NCBI RefSeq assembly: GCF_003334355.1
Contig: NZ_QOWP01000020.1
DNA length: 64,000 nucleotides
From: Escherichia coli
Lineage (GTDB): Bacteria; Pseudomonadota; Gammaproteobacteria; Enterobacterales; Enterobacteriaceae
Reading direction: 5' to 3' (one strand)
The notes under the pieces: model-generated
Told to the model about the DNA's origin: nothing
Seen by the model: the letters and a program-made list of their open reading frames with translations, nothing else
Database searches by the model: none
In this document: positions 24,221 to 35,861 of the stretch, piece by piece
Layout: each line of letters starts with the position of its first letter
Position numbering within the stretch: the stretch's first letter is position 1
Program-made: the position numbers and the translations under genes

Positions 24221-25282
24221 TTATTTTTCGCTGGGCGTTTTGCCTTTTTGCAGCGTTTCTTTCACCTGACCGATAAGCTGACGACGGAAATCCCCGAGGC
24301 GAGGTTTGTCATCGTCAATCCACGGCAGCGGGCGGCAAAGCTCCATAGCTTTAATCCCGAGTCGTGCCGTCAGAAGTCCTGCACCAATCCCCTGAGCTGC
24401 GCGGGTAGACAAACGAGCAGCGAGATCTTGCGACATCCAGTCCATCCCCACTTCGCGCACCAGTTCGCTGGCTCCGGCAAAAGCGATATTCAGCAATACC
24501 AGCTTAAACAGACGCAAACGGCTGTAATACCCCAGTTCAATGCCATACAGCGTGGCGATGCGATTAATTAAACGCAGATTGCGCCAGGCGATAAACGCCA
24601 TATCGACCAACGCCAGCGGGCTGACCGCAATCATCAACGTTGATTCCGCCGCCGAACGGCTGATTTCGCGCCGCGCCTGGGCATCTAAAACTGGCTGGAC
24701 CAAATGCGCATACAGGCTGACCACTTCACGGTCGTTTTGCGTTTCATGGATTGAGGCATACCAGCGTTGCAGCGCCGGATGCGACTGATCAATACCCGCC
24801 TGCTGCGCCAGTTTTTCGCAAAATGCGCGGCCTTTGCCCGTGCCGTGGCTATGCAATAAATCACGCGCTTCGTCGCGTTCATGGGCGCGCTGTCGCAAGC
24901 GCCATAAGCGCCGCCACTCTGTTACCACAGAACCTACGCCAGCGCCGATAATCAATGCCCCAGCGGCACATCCACCCAGCGCCACCCAGTCCTGGGTTTG
25001 CCAGGCATTCATTGTCCACTGTACACCCTGCCCGACAACGCTTGCGCCAAACAGAGCCAGCCCGCCCATCACCATTTTGCGCCACAGGCTGCGTTTCGGA
25101 CGTAACGCTGCGTCCATTACCGCTTCGACTTGCCCCTCTTCTTCCTGCGCTTCGTCGAGCGTGGCCGGGGCAAAATTTTGCGCCTGATTTTCGTCAAAGG
25201 TCTGCTGCGCCCTGAATTTAGGATTCTGATCGACCTCCAGAGGACCGTCGAAATCAATACGTGGTTTTAACGGTTCGGTCAT
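24221..25282 (-). CDS. ycjF: inner-membrane protein YcjF (DUF697/UPF0283)
   Basis: 353-aa ORF with central transmembrane helices; its start overlaps the ycjX stop. Confidence 0.88.
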   Translation of the reverse strand: MTEPLKPRIDFDGPLEVDQNPKFRAQQTFDENQAQNFAPATLDEAQEEEGQVEAVMDAALRPKRSLWRKMVMGGLALFGASVVGQGVQWTMNAWQTQDWVALGGCAAGALIIGAGVGSVVTEWRRLWRLRQRAHERDEARDLLHSHGTGKGRAFCEKLAQQAGIDQSHPALQRWYASIHETQNDREVVSLYAHLVQPVLDAQARREISRSAAESTLMIAVSPLALVDMAFIAWRNLRLINRIATLYGIELGYYSRLRLFKLVLLNIAFAGASELVREVGMDWMSQDLAARLSTRAAQGIGAGLLTARLGIKAMELCRPLPWIDDDKPRLGDFRRQLIGQVKETLQKGKTPSEK

Positions 25283-26676
25283 CGCAATTTATCTCCTATT
25301 AAAAATTCCAGCGCAGCATCAAGACGAATATGCGGTAGTGGTTTGTCGACATCCATCACCTGCGGACGAAATGCCTCAAACTGGAAGCCTTGCTTATCCC
25401 AGAACGCCTGACCAGGCAAACGTGCGGGAACTTCGCCAGGATAAACAGTGAGCGGTGCGCCATCGCTAAGTCGATTACCACGCAGCGCCGGGATTTTCTC
25501 ACCGTTAACATCAATAATGCCGCTGGTGGTCGCCTGAACTGACGCCAGCCCCAGGCAGTCCATGCTGATCCCTTCGAACGCCGCATTTTGCCAGGCATCC
25601 TGAATCAGTTGTTGCAGTAATGAAACCATATTAGCGTGCTGATCGATGGTCACATGGTCCGCTTTAGTGGCAGCAAACAATAGCTTATCGATAACCGGCG
25701 AAAACAAACGCCGGAACAGGGTACGCTGCCCGTAGTGAAAACTTTGCATCAGCTGCGTCAGTGCCAGACGCATATCATTAAATGCCTGTGGCCCACTGTT
25801 GAGAGGTTGCAGGCAATCCACCAGCACAATCTGGCGGTCAAAGCGCAGAAAATGATTCTTATAGAACCCCTTCACCACCTTCTCGCAGTAATAATTAAAG
25901 CGCTCGCGCAGCATTCCGGCATTGGTATGCTTATCGGCCTGCGCCAGTTTGGACTCGCCCCAGGTATCGACATCCGGCCACGGGAAGAATTGCAGCGCGG
26001 GCGCACCTGCCATATCTCCCGGCAAGACAAAGCGCCCAGGCTGAATAAAGTGCAGCCCCTGCTGTTTACAGTGGTGGAGATAATCGGTCCACGCGGCGGC
26101 AATGTCCGCCAGCCGGTTTTCGTCGGCAGGCGCTAGCGGGTCCAGCCCTTCGCTCATCATTCGCCATTTCGCCGACCATTCTCCGCGCTGACCATTGAGT
26201 AAGCCCGTCATCTGGCGCGACCAGCTTAAATAGTCCTGCGCCAGCATCGGCAGGTCGAGCAACCATTCGCCGGGATAATCCACAATTTCCAGATACAGCG
26301 TGGAGGTATCCTTAAAGTGGCGTAGCAGCGAATCATTCGATTTAAAACGTAGCGCCAGGCGGATTTCACTGACGCCGCGCGTTGGCGTTGGCCAGGCGGG
26401 TGGATCGCCATATAACTGCGCCAGCCCTTCGTCATAGGTGAAGCGCGGAATGCCAAAGTCACGCTGGGGAATGCGTTTCACGCCCAGCAGGCGCTCTTCA
26501 CGCACCGCACTTAACAGCGGCAAACGTGCTCCGGCGTGAATATTAAGCAATTGATTAACCATCGCGGTGATAAACGCTGTTTTGCCGCTGCGGCTAAGTC
26601 CGGTTACAGCGAGGCGCAGATGTCTGTCGACACCCCGATTCACCAGCGCATTGAGTTCATTTTTAAGTCGCTTCAT
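25279..26676 (-). CDS. ycjX: P-loop NTPase YcjX (DUF463)
   Basis: 465-aa ORF with Walker A motif GLSRSGKT. Confidence 0.88.
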   Translation of the reverse strand: MKRLKNELNALVNRGVDRHLRLAVTGLSRSGKTAFITAMVNQLLNIHAGARLPLLSAVREERLLGVKRIPQRDFGIPRFTYDEGLAQLYGDPPAWPTPTRGVSEIRLALRFKSNDSLLRHFKDTSTLYLEIVDYPGEWLLDLPMLAQDYLSWSRQMTGLLNGQRGEWSAKWRMMSEGLDPLAPADENRLADIAAAWTDYLHHCKQQGLHFIQPGRFVLPGDMAGAPALQFFPWPDVDTWGESKLAQADKHTNAGMLRERFNYYCEKVVKGFYKNHFLRFDRQIVLVDCLQPLNSGPQAFNDMRLALTQLMQSFHYGQRTLFRRLFSPVIDKLLFAATKADHVTIDQHANMVSLLQQLIQDAWQNAAFEGISMDCLGLASVQATTSGIIDVNGEKIPALRGNRLSDGAPLTVYPGEVPARLPGQAFWDKQGFQFEAFRPQVMDVDKPLPHIRLDAALEFLIGDKLR

Positions 26677-26831
26677 TGCTGTCCTGTGCTGCTCTGAAGA
26701 CCAGAAAAAAAATCATTCGTAAGGATATGAATGTGGGGGCCAGGCCATTGATTATCAACTGCCCGTGTTGTCATCGACCGGCGAACTCCATAAGATGTGC
26801 AGCATTCACGTTCGGACGGAGTTCCTGACCT

Positions 26832-27830
26832 ATGTCCCCTACTATTTATGATATTGCCAGGGTTGCAGGCGTATCAAAATCCACCGTATCACGCGTGCTG
26901 AATAAGCAAACTAATATCTCCCCGGAAGCGCGCGAAAAAGTGTTACGGGCCATTGAAGAATTACAGTATCAGCCAAACAAGCTGGCCCGCGCACTGACCT
27001 CTTCGGGTTTTGATGCCATTATGGTGATTTCTACCCGTTCGACCAAAACTACGGCGGGTAATCCGTTTTTCTCTGAAGTTTTGCATGCCATCACCGCCAA
27101 AGCTGAAGAAGAAGGTTTCGACGTGATATTACAAACGTCGCACAATCCGGCAGAAGATCTGCAAAAATGCGAAAGCAAAATTAAGCAGAAAATGATTAAA
27201 GGCATTATTATGCTCAGTTCGCCAGCGGATGAGTCATTTTTTGCCCAACTCGATAAATATGATATTCCGGTGGTGGTGATTGGCAAAGTTGAAGGTCAAT
27301 ATGCCCATGTTTATTCTGTCGATACCGATAATTTTGGCGACAGCATTGCGTTGACCGATGCATTAATTGAAAGTGGGCATCAAAATATTGCCTGCCTGCA
27401 TGCTCCGCTTGATGTCCATGTTTCGGTTGATCGCGTTAATGGTTATAAGCAGAGCCTGGCTGCGCATAATATTGCAGTGCGTGATGAATGGATTGTTGAT
27501 GGCGGTTATACCCATGAAATTGCATTAAAAGCAGCACGGCAATTATTAAGCCAGTCACCGTTGCCTGAGGCGGTGTTTGCCACTGACAGCCTGAAATTAA
27601 TGAGCATTTATCGTGCGGCAGCAGAGAAAAATATTGCTATTCCGCAGCAGTTAGCGGTGGTGGGTTATAGCAATGAAACGCTGTCATTTATTTTAACGCC
27701 TGCACCGGGCGGCATCGATGTTCCGACGCAGGAGTTAGGTCAACAAAGCTGCGAGTTATTATTCAGCTTAATTTCTGGAAAACCGTCACCACAGAATATT
27801 ACCGTTGCCACGCATATGACGCTGAAATAA
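26832..27830 (+). CDS. ycjW: LacI-family transcriptional repressor YcjW
   Basis: 332-aa ORF; N-terminal HTH ([20 protein letters not shown]) plus periplasmic-binding-protein-like sugar domain. Confidence 0.9.
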   Translation: MSPTIYDIARVAGVSKSTVSRVLNKQTNISPEAREKVLRAIEELQYQPNKLARALTSSGFDAIMVISTRSTKTTAGNPFFSEVLHAITAKAEEEGFDVILQTSHNPAEDLQKCESKIKQKMIKGIIMLSSPADESFFAQLDKYDIPVVVIGKVEGQYAHVYSVDTDNFGDSIALTDALIESGHQNIACLHAPLDVHVSVDRVNGYKQSLAAHNIAVRDEWIVDGGYTHEIALKAARQLLSQSPLPEAVFATDSLKLMSIYRAAAEKNIAIPQQLAVVGYSNETLSFILTPAPGGIDVPTQELGQQSCELLFSLISGKPSPQNITVATHMTLK

Positions 27831-27855
27831 ATACCAGCTACCTTGCCTGAATGCC

Positions 27856-27927
27856 AGATGCGATGCTAGCGCATCTTATCCGGCCTACATTTATAGATCG
27901 GATAAAGTACTCGCGCCGCATCCGGCA
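27856..27927. repeat. REP-like palindromic units (ycjW-ompG spacer)
   Basis: gatgcgatgctagcgcatcttatccggcctac and gcgccgcatccggca are close to the REP consensus. Confidence 0.65.
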
Positions 27928-27940
27928 ATTTAGCCCATTA

Positions 27941-28846
27941 TCAGAACGAGTAATTTACGCCGACACCTGCATAATGGAATTTATCACTGTCGCCTTCGTC
28001 GTGATCCTGCCACTCAAACGCGTATTCCAGCGAAACGGAAAGTCCGTTCTGGAAATCATAACCGTAAAATAAACCTACACGGTTAAAATCATGGCCTTCA
28101 CGTTCAATATCATCCTGCCAGTCCCAGTTACTCCAGCGATCCAGCCCAATGCGCGTATACGGCGTCACCGAGTGGTTGCCGAGCGTCAGCGGCAAATAGG
28201 CGCGAATTTCTTGCGTGGAAAACTCACCGTTATTGCGGCTGTCGTCCATATTGAAGCCGCGCTCGAGATAATAGTTCACTCGCAAGGCAACCGTTTCGTT
28301 GAAGGTATATTGCAGACCTGTTTCCGTTTCGACACGGGTATCAGCGTAACCGGTAGTGTTCAGATCGTTGGCAAATTTATACATCGACAACCAACCGTTG
28401 AAACGTAAATCGTCAGTCAGTTTCACATCCCAGTCTGGCGCGATTTTCCAGCGCTGCATATTCGCCGTGTCTTTACCCGGTTCATCAACGTAGTGATAAC
28501 CATAATTACGGAAACCGCCGGTCAGGCCGAAACTGAAATCATCGTTTTCGAGGAACTGATAATGCACCTCCAGCTCCGGGCGATCAAACCACGTTCCACG
28601 TTTACCCGCGCTATAATCTACCGGCCCTTCCTGATAATAGGCCAGAGCAATTCTCCACGGCCCGTTGGCGGCATTAAAATAGACTGAAGGCTCCGCCAGC
28701 CCATCCATATCTTCGCCATAACCCTCGACGTTTTCTATTTCGTACATCGCGCCGATATTAAAGTGCCAGTCGTTCCTTTCCTCGGCCTGTGCGCAGGCCA
28801 TTCCCGCACACATCACCAGTGCGGTACAGGGTAATAACTTTTTCAT
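27941..28846 (-). CDS. ompG: outer-membrane porin OmpG
   Basis: 301-aa ORF with signal peptide and C-terminal aromatic residue; matches OmpG. Confidence 0.94.
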   Translation of the reverse strand: MKKLLPCTALVMCAGMACAQAEERNDWHFNIGAMYEIENVEGYGEDMDGLAEPSVYFNAANGPWRIALAYYQEGPVDYSAGKRGTWFDRPELEVHYQFLENDDFSFGLTGGFRNYGYHYVDEPGKDTANMQRWKIAPDWDVKLTDDLRFNGWLSMYKFANDLNTTGYADTRVETETGLQYTFNETVALRVNYYLERGFNMDDSRNNGEFSTQEIRAYLPLTLGNHSVTPYTRIGLDRWSNWDWQDDIEREGHDFNRVGLFYGYDFQNGLSVSLEYAFEWQDHDEGDSDKFHYAGVGVNYSF

Positions 28847-28890
28847 TATTGTTCCTTGTATTATCCTGGGGGAATGTCTTCCCCCTGTAT

Positions 28891-29973
28891 TTAGCGAATT
28901 GCTATTTCCGTTTCTGCATCAAAGAAATGACATTTCGTCATATCAAAATGAATAGTGATATTTTCTCCTGCATGATAATCATTTAACGCACCAGCACGGA
29001 CCACTAACTCGTGCCCCCCAACCGTGGTGTAGAGCATAAATTCCGCACCGGTTAATTCTGCCACGCTAATTTTGGCGGAAATGTTATTTTCCTCTTGCGC
29101 GTCCGGATGAATATCTTCCGGTCGTATTCCCATCACGATGGGCTTATGCAAACTTTCCTGTGTTTTCAGAACCGCTAATTTCTCTTCGGGAATGGTTAAT
29201 TTAAGCGTTTCCGTAACGAATTTATCGCCATCGATCGTGCCGCGAATAAAATTCATCGCTGGTGATCCAATAAATCCGGAAACAAACATATTCGCGGGTT
29301 GGTTATAAACGGTTTTCGGCGCACCTACTTGCTGAACAATCCCGTCTTTCATAATCACAATCCGCGTCGCCATGGTCATCGCTTCGGTCTGATCGTGGGT
29401 CACGTAGATCATGGTGGTGTTCAGTTTCTGATGCAGCTTGCTGATCTCTGCGCGCATTTGCACGCGCAGCTTGGCATCAAGGTTAGAGAGCGGTTCATCC
29501 ATTAAAAACACGCCCGCTTCGCGTACAATCGCCCGCCCAAGCGCCACTCGCTGACGTTGCCCGCCGGAAAGCGCCCCCGGCTTACGTTTCAGGTACTCAC
29601 GCAGGCCGAGAATTTGCGCCGCCCAGTTCACCCGCTCATCAATCACCTCTTTGGCGATTTTTTGCATCTTCAGACCAAACGCCATGTTGTCGTAAACCGT
29701 CATATGCGGATACAACGCGTAGTTCTGGAACACCATCGCTATATTGCGTGCTTTGGCTGGAACGTCATTCATTCGTTTGCCGTCGATCAACAGATCGCCG
29801 CCGCTGATCTCCTCAAGCCCGGCAATCATGCGCAGGGTGGTCGACTTACCGCAGCCCGACGGGCCGACAAACACGATGAACTCTTTATCGGCAATTTCCA
29901 GGTTGAAGTCCTTCACCACATGCACCTGGTTATCGTAGATTTTTTGAATATGTTGTAACGAAAGCTGAGCCAT
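28891..29973 (-). CDS. ycjV: ABC transporter ATP-binding protein YcjV (MalK-like), intact
   Basis: 360-aa ORF with Walker A GPSGCGKST, signature LSGGQRQR, Walker B and a MalK-type C-terminal domain. Confidence 0.9.
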   Translation of the reverse strand: MAQLSLQHIQKIYDNQVHVVKDFNLEIADKEFIVFVGPSGCGKSTTLRMIAGLEEISGGDLLIDGKRMNDVPAKARNIAMVFQNYALYPHMTVYDNMAFGLKMQKIAKEVIDERVNWAAQILGLREYLKRKPGALSGGQRQRVALGRAIVREAGVFLMDEPLSNLDAKLRVQMRAEISKLHQKLNTTMIYVTHDQTEAMTMATRIVIMKDGIVQQVGAPKTVYNQPANMFVSGFIGSPAMNFIRGTIDGDKFVTETLKLTIPEEKLAVLKTQESLHKPIVMGIRPEDIHPDAQEENNISAKISVAELTGAEFMLYTTVGGHELVVRAGALNDYHAGENITIHFDMTKCHFFDAETEIAIR

Positions 29974-29986
29974 GTTGATTCCTTTG

Positions 29987-30646
29987 CTATACGTTTTGCC
30001 AGAAGGCCGATAACCGCGGCCAGGTGAGTGATTCCGTTGAAGGCAACAGTAATTGCGCCCCGGTTAAGCCCGCGCCGATCCCCACCGAGCGCATACCGCT
30101 GGCGTTAATGGCGTCAATGCCCGCCTGCGCATCTTCAATGCCGATACATGCCTGCGGCGGCACGCCCAGCCCTGCACAGGCGGCGAGAAAGATTTCCGGG
30201 TCCGGTTTCGAGTTTTTAAGTTGGGAAGCATCCGCGCAGAAGGTGAAAAACTCGCGCAGCTCCAGCGCCGCTAAAATCGTCGGCGCATTCAGGGAGACAG
30301 AAGCCAGCCCAACCGAGATCTGCTGTGCACGGAGATCTGCCAGCAAAGAGCGAATGCCGGGTAGAACAGCGTTGACCGTCAACTCGCGTAGTGAGTGGAC
30401 ATAGAGCAGATTTTTGCGATACGCCAGTTGCGCCCTCTCCTGCGAGTTAAAGTCGCCCTCTTTGCCCCCGTGTTGCAGAATGCGCCGCAGAGACTCATCG
30501 CGGCTGATCCCTTTTAGGGATTCGTTAAACTGCGCATCAATGCTGATGCCAATTTCAGCGGCAATCTGCTGCCACGCCTGGAAATGCAGATGCGCGGTAT
30601 CGGTGATTACACCATCCAGATCGAAAATTACCCCTTGCAGTTTCAT
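29987..30646 (-). CDS. ycjU: beta-phosphoglucomutase YcjU
   Basis: 219-aa HAD-superfamily ORF with DLDGV motif. Confidence 0.92.
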
Positions 30647-32910
30647 TCATCCTCCTGATGTTTGGTAGCGGTCCCATTGAAGGGCAAAATAAAATCACCC
30701 AAACAGAAAACAGATTCTTCAGCCACGGTTATAAGCTGACCGTTCAAACGCAGTGAAACGGGCGCAGAAGTTCGAATCGCAATACGCTGCGCGTCAAGAG
30801 TGACCTGTAATTCGCAGCCCTGCCAGAACAGAGGGAAAGACAACTGTTGCCACTGCTCAGGTAACGCCGGATTGAGATGCAATTCACCGTCACGCACGCT
30901 CACCCCGGCAAAACCCTGAATCGCCCCCAGCCAGATAGCGCCAGTTGCGGCAGCATGGATACCATCATCACAACTATGCGGATCAGCACCAAGATCGATT
31001 TCAGTCCCCTCGCGCCAGAACTGATAACTTTGGGTCAGCAGGCCACAGCGTGCGGCAACAATGCCGTGGATTGCTTTACTTAATGACGAGTCGTGAATAG
31101 TGCGCGGTTCATAAAATTGCAGATTGGCAAGACACGATGCCGCTGAGAACTGCTCCGGCAGCATGTAATTGAGCATCACCACATCAGCTTGTTTGAGGAT
31201 CTGCATCTCGTTCACTTCTGCGCGTGAATAATCCAGCAGTATGGTTTGCTTCCCCGCCGCCGCTTTGTATTTCGCCAGATTAATCGCCGGCTTAGCCATA
31301 AACGAATCATCCTGCGGCAAAACGCCGTCGGGCTGAATTTCTGGCATCCATAGCTCTTTGAGGAACATTTCGGCGCGATGGATAAACGCATCGTCGCTAC
31401 AGCCGAACTGGCGGGCAATATTCAGCGCCTGTTGAACGTTGTAGCGGGCCATATAGCTGGTGTATGCATTATTATTGACATGTTCGGTATATTCGTCTGG
31501 CCCAATAACATCATGAATTTCCAGACGATCGTTAACTCTTACCGCGCGGCTAATCCAGAACTTTGCCGTCTCCAGAAGTAGCGCCATGCCTTCATGCGCA
31601 ATGAAACTTTCATCCCCCGTGGTCTGCCAGTATTGAATAACCGCCCAGGCGATATCGGCCACCAGATGATGTTCCGCCTGCGCCGAGGCCACTTTTTGCC
31701 GCAGCCCGGTGCGAATGTTAATGGCGGCAAATTCCGGCGTCTCTTCTTCGCCGCTGCGCGCGCTTTCCCACGGAAATAGCGCGCCCTGCCAGCCGTTGCG
31801 TCGCGCTTTCTCCTGCGCGCCTGGCAAGTTGTGCCAGCGATAACGCAGTAAACTTCGGGCAACCGTCGGATCGCTAAACAGATGAAACGGTAACAAAAAT
31901 ACTTCTGTATCCCAGAAAACGTGGCCTTTGTAGCCTTCGCCGGTTAAGCCTTTTGCCGCAATGCTGCTGCGCTCGTCGTGGGCAGGCGTCATGATGCGCA
32001 GATGATAAAGCGCATAATCTAACGCTTGCTGATCGTGCGCTTCGCCGCCATTTACCGTGATACGACGTTTCTGCCACCATTGACGCCAGTTTTCTGTTGA
32101 TGCTGCAAGAAGTTGGTCGTAACTCTGCTGCGCGCACATTTCAAGCTGGCGAAGCGACGCGCTGCCCCACTCGTCTAAAGCAGCTTGCCTGTCATCCCGC
32201 CAGTCGATCCACACCAGTTTTTGCAACGTCATTGTCTCGCCTGCATGAAGCTGCGCACTGGTATGTTGCAGTAAACGGCGCTCTTTGGCGGTATAGCATT
32301 GCTGCACATCACCGCTCACCTTACAGCAACAGCTGATGGCCACATCACTGCGTCCATCCTGGGTGGTGTAGCTCCCCTGCATCAGATGCTGACCAAACAC
32401 CCGCACCTGGGTTTCGTCGAGATGTTGGCGACCGTGATTGGTTTGCGTGGCGTCAATGCCTGTTGAAATCAGCACTGACGCGTCGGCGTCCAGTGGCGTA
32501 ATAGTGATTTCCAGCGCAATGAGCGGCAGTTGGTCTGCCGAAACAAAGCGACGGCTGGCGATGGTGTAACCTGAGCCGTTGCTGGTACGCCAGACAACAT
32601 TGCGGCGTAATTCGCCACTGGCAAAGTCAAGCTCACGCTGCCAGGCTTCGTGGGATAACGAGAAAACCTCACCATTTATGGCAATCTCCATCCCCACGAC
32701 ATCAGGCAGGTTCACCAGTTCGTTGATTTCACCTTTTCCCGCCCGATGATACAGCCCCGCCAGATACATCCCTCGCGTCTGGCGCGTGTAATCTTCTTCA
32801 TGGCTGGCGCGAAGCCCAAGATAGCCGTTCCCCTGCGCCATCAGCGATGCATACTTGTTCAGGGTATGCTGGCTGAAATGGGGTTCTGATAACGTTACTG
32901 GCCTGGTCAT
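30643..32910 (-). CDS. ycjT: kojibiose phosphorylase YcjT (GH65)
   Basis: 755-aa GH65-family ORF; start overlaps the ycjS stop. Confidence 0.9.
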
Positions 32911-33962
32911 AATTCCACACGCGTCCCTGTTTCTGCGGATTGATACAACGCCGCCACCAGTTGCTGGATGATGTACCCCTGCTCGGCGTCGGCTATCATC
33001 ACGGGCTTGCCCTGTACGTGATTGATAAAGGCTTCCATGCTGCGCAAATGGCGGTTGTCGTCTGCCATTTCCCGTTGCATCAGCGTCATTAATTCACCGT
33101 TGTTATCGGTGTAGATATGTGCTGGAAACAGCGTCGCACCAGCTTTATCACCACAAAAGCTGACGTTCATAATCGACTGTTCGCGGATGTTGAGTGCAAA
33201 TGACGTTTCCAGCCACAGAATGCCGCCGTTATGAAATTCAATGGTGCCAAACAGCGAATCTTCGACGCTGTAAGTTGCCGGATCCCACTCACCAAATTGA
33301 CCACAGCTCTTTTGCGTGCCGATCTTTTGAAAGCTATGCGCATTCACGCTTTTCACCGCCGGAAAGCCCAGCACATACATCGCAGCATCCAGCATATGAA
33401 TGCCGATGTCGATCAGCGGGCCACCACCCTGCAGTTCTTTATTGGTAAAGACACCCCAGCCGGGAACGCCGCAGCGACGCAGGGCGCGGGCGGTGGTAAC
33501 GTAAATCTCTCCCAAAACGCCGTTGGTCACCTGTTCACGCAGCTGTTGCGTATCGAGCGCAAAACGATGGTGAAAGTCGTAGGCCAGCACCTTGCCCAGT
33601 TTGCGCGCGGTATCGCACATTTCCCGCGCCTGTTCTGGCGTCATGGCGGGCGGTTTTTCGCACATCACATGGCAGCCCGCTTCCAGTGCCATCAGGGTAT
33701 GTTCGTAATGAAAACGGTTAGGTGAGCAGACGCTAACCACATCAGGTTTCACCGCCAGCAGCATGGCCTGCGGATCGTCCCACACGGATGCATTCCCGTA
33801 TTTTTCTGCCAGCGCCTGCGCCTGGGAAAGGCGGCTGTCACAGACAGCCACCAGTTCCAGATCGTTGCGGGTGCAGTAGTACGAAGCATGAACCTTATCC
33901 GCCACCTGGCCTGCGCCTATTATCGCGACCCGCAGCGGAGAGCTTGTCATTGCACTTTTCAC
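32907..33962 (-). CDS. ycjS: Gfo/Idh/MocA-family NAD-dependent sugar dehydrogenase YcjS
   Basis: 351-aa ORF with Rossmann motif IIGAGQ. Confidence 0.9.
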   Translation of the reverse strand: MKSAMTSSPLRVAIIGAGQVADKVHASYYCTRNDLELVAVCDSRLSQAQALAEKYGNASVWDDPQAMLLAVKPDVVSVCSPNRFHYEHTLMALEAGCHVMCEKPPAMTPEQAREMCDTARKLGKVLAYDFHHRFALDTQQLREQVTNGVLGEIYVTTARALRRCGVPGWGVFTNKELQGGGPLIDIGIHMLDAAMYVLGFPAVKSVNAHSFQKIGTQKSCGQFGEWDPATYSVEDSLFGTIEFHNGGILWLETSFALNIREQSIMNVSFCGDKAGATLFPAHIYTDNNGELMTLMQREMADDNRHLRSMEAFINHVQGKPVMIADAEQGYIIQQLVAALYQSAETGTRVEL

Positions 33963-33971
33963 AAAGACCTC

Positions 33972-34769
33972 TTAGCAGGTACGCAACCAGGCCAACGAAT
34001 CACGGTACGCCTGGGCAGGATCTTCCGCCCGGATACGCCCTTCGTACACTACATAGCCCTGATAGTTATCCGCGCGCAGCTGTTCAAACAGCGCGTGGAA
34101 ATCCAGGGTGCCGCTGCCCGGCTGGTAGCGATGGTTATCCGCAATATGCACATGACCGAGCAGGTCGCGGTTGTCATGCAGCGCCTGCGCCAGGTTATCT
34201 TCTTCGATATTCATGTGATAGAAATCGCCGATAATCTGTACATGTTTAAGATCGTTTTCGACGATGTAACGGCGGGCATCGGCGAGGGTGTTGATCATAT
34301 GATCCTGATAGCGGTTTAACGGTTCGAGATACACCACGGTTCCGGTACGCGCGGCGACCTGTTCCAGTACGCGCAGGGAATCACTCACCATTTTGCGGTC
34401 GCCGTCCAGGCTACGCGGCGAGGTCATCGGCGGTAAGCGGAAGGTAAACATGCCCCACGCAGCCGGAACGACGATGCCTTTACCGCCCACTTCTGCCAGC
34501 GCTTCGAGAATGCGCTCGATCTGCTTTAAGCCATTAAGACGACGCTCTTCGATAAAGTCGCCAATCCATCCGTCATAGCCACCGCAGGCGGTGGTCACCG
34601 GTAAACCGGTTTCTTTGATCGCCGCTTTGACTTCTTCGATGTTGTTAACCAGCAGTTTGCCGTCAATCTCAAAACCATCGAAGTCCATCTCTTTGATATA
34701 ACGAAATTTCTCCAGAATGTTTTCCGGAAAGAACGCCTGATTCTGTGTGCCGATTTTCATTTTTTTCAT
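33972..34769 (-). CDS. ycjR: sugar-phosphate isomerase/epimerase (TIM-barrel) YcjR
   Basis: 265-aa ORF, xylose-isomerase-like TIM-barrel family; the true start may be 3 codons downstream (MKIGTQ...). Confidence 0.88.
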   Translation of the reverse strand: MKKMKIGTQNQAFFPENILEKFRYIKEMDFDGFEIDGKLLVNNIEEVKAAIKETGLPVTTACGGYDGWIGDFIEERRLNGLKQIERILEALAEVGGKGIVVPAAWGMFTFRLPPMTSPRSLDGDRKMVSDSLRVLEQVAARTGTVVYLEPLNRYQDHMINTLADARRYIVENDLKHVQIIGDFYHMNIEEDNLAQALHDNRDLLGHVHIADNHRYQPGSGTLDFHALFEQLRADNYQGYVVYEGRIRAEDPAQAYRDSLAWLRTC

Positions 34770-34778
34770 TCCTTTGAA

Positions 34779-35831
34779 TTAAAACGTAACGCCCATTTTG
34801 ATGCTCTGTTCCGGATGCTGGTCGACATACTGCATATAGCTTTCCGGGCTATTGGCAAAGGTCACCACCGGGTCGATTAAATCTTCGCAATTGAGATAAC
34901 CGTTCATCAGCAGTTCCCAACAGGTTTCTTCAATACGCTTGCGGCTCCAGCGCGGATAATCCGGGTTCGGTTCGCTGCACGCGCGAGAGAAGACAATTTT
35001 GGCGTTATTGAAATGCGCTTCGCGTCCGAGGTTAAAACCTTCGGCAAACGGCTTGGCAAACGCGACATAGGAGATGGTGCCGCCATAAGCCAGACCGCGG
35101 AGCGCCGATTGCAGCGCGTCGGCGTAGCCGCTGGTTTCGATAATCACATCGGCACCCTGCTTGCCGGTCAGCGTTTTGATCTCTTTACCTACATCAGTGC
35201 CGATGGGGTTAAGGCAGAAATCCGCGCCGTGGCGACGGGCAATATCACAGCGATGGGCGATAGGATCGACGCCAATCACCACAGAAGCGCCAGCGCGTTT
35301 AGCCAGTTGGATGGCAATTTGACCGATTGCGCCAAGCCCTACCACCACCACAAAATCCCCTACGCGCACGTTGGCATCGCGCACGCCGCTCATGGCAAAC
35401 TGCGCCGGGTCGTAGCAGACGGCGTTTTTCCAGGAGCTGCCTTGCGGCATTTTGCGCAGCTTGTAGTTATTCACTGCGTTAATGATGACCGTCTCGGAGA
35501 GCGGGCCGTAGCCGCATACGCTGTCGCCCACCGCGTAGTCGGTAACGTCGCTGCCGCACTCGATAATGTCGCCAACCACCATGTTGCCAAGCTGGAATTT
35601 GCCAAACTCAATGCCGCGCGGCGCATCTGCCGGACGCGGAGTGAACATCTGCCATTCGCCGTTAAAGTCTTCATCAATAAACGGGCTGGCGGCGCGGAAG
35701 TCGACCACTTCCGTTCCGTGTTTCGGTGCGCCGAAACGCACGCGGATCTTCACTTCATTAGCTAAAATCGCCCGATCTTCATACTCAACCAGCGCAGCAA
35801 CACGCGGTGCTGTGGCTACTAACTTTTTCAT
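34779..35831 (-). CDS. ycjQ: zinc-dependent alcohol/sugar dehydrogenase YcjQ
   Basis: 350-aa MDR-family ORF with GxGxxG motif (VVGLGAIG). Confidence 0.9.
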   Translation of the reverse strand: MKKLVATAPRVAALVEYEDRAILANEVKIRVRFGAPKHGTEVVDFRAASPFIDEDFNGEWQMFTPRPADAPRGIEFGKFQLGNMVVGDIIECGSDVTDYAVGDSVCGYGPLSETVIINAVNNYKLRKMPQGSSWKNAVCYDPAQFAMSGVRDANVRVGDFVVVVGLGAIGQIAIQLAKRAGASVVIGVDPIAHRCDIARRHGADFCLNPIGTDVGKEIKTLTGKQGADVIIETSGYADALQSALRGLAYGGTISYVAFAKPFAEGFNLGREAHFNNAKIVFSRACSEPNPDYPRWSRKRIEETCWELLMNGYLNCEDLIDPVVTFANSPESYMQYVDQHPEQSIKMGVTF

Positions 35832-35861
35832 TTAAAACTCCTTGTAAAGAAACTGGCCGCT

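Noticed and set aside
24221-26676. ycjX-ycjF (P-loop NTPase plus membrane protein) as a possible defense or novel two-gene system
   Set aside because: This is a widely conserved core gene pair in Enterobacteriaceae at its usual locus, with no neighbouring mobile or defense hallmarks.
35013-35765. 250-aa plus-strand ORF antisense to ycjQ
   Set aside because: It lies entirely inside the well-supported ycjQ dehydrogenase gene on the opposite strand, has no RBS or recognisable domain, and is the kind of long antisense frame expected in GC-rich coding DNA.
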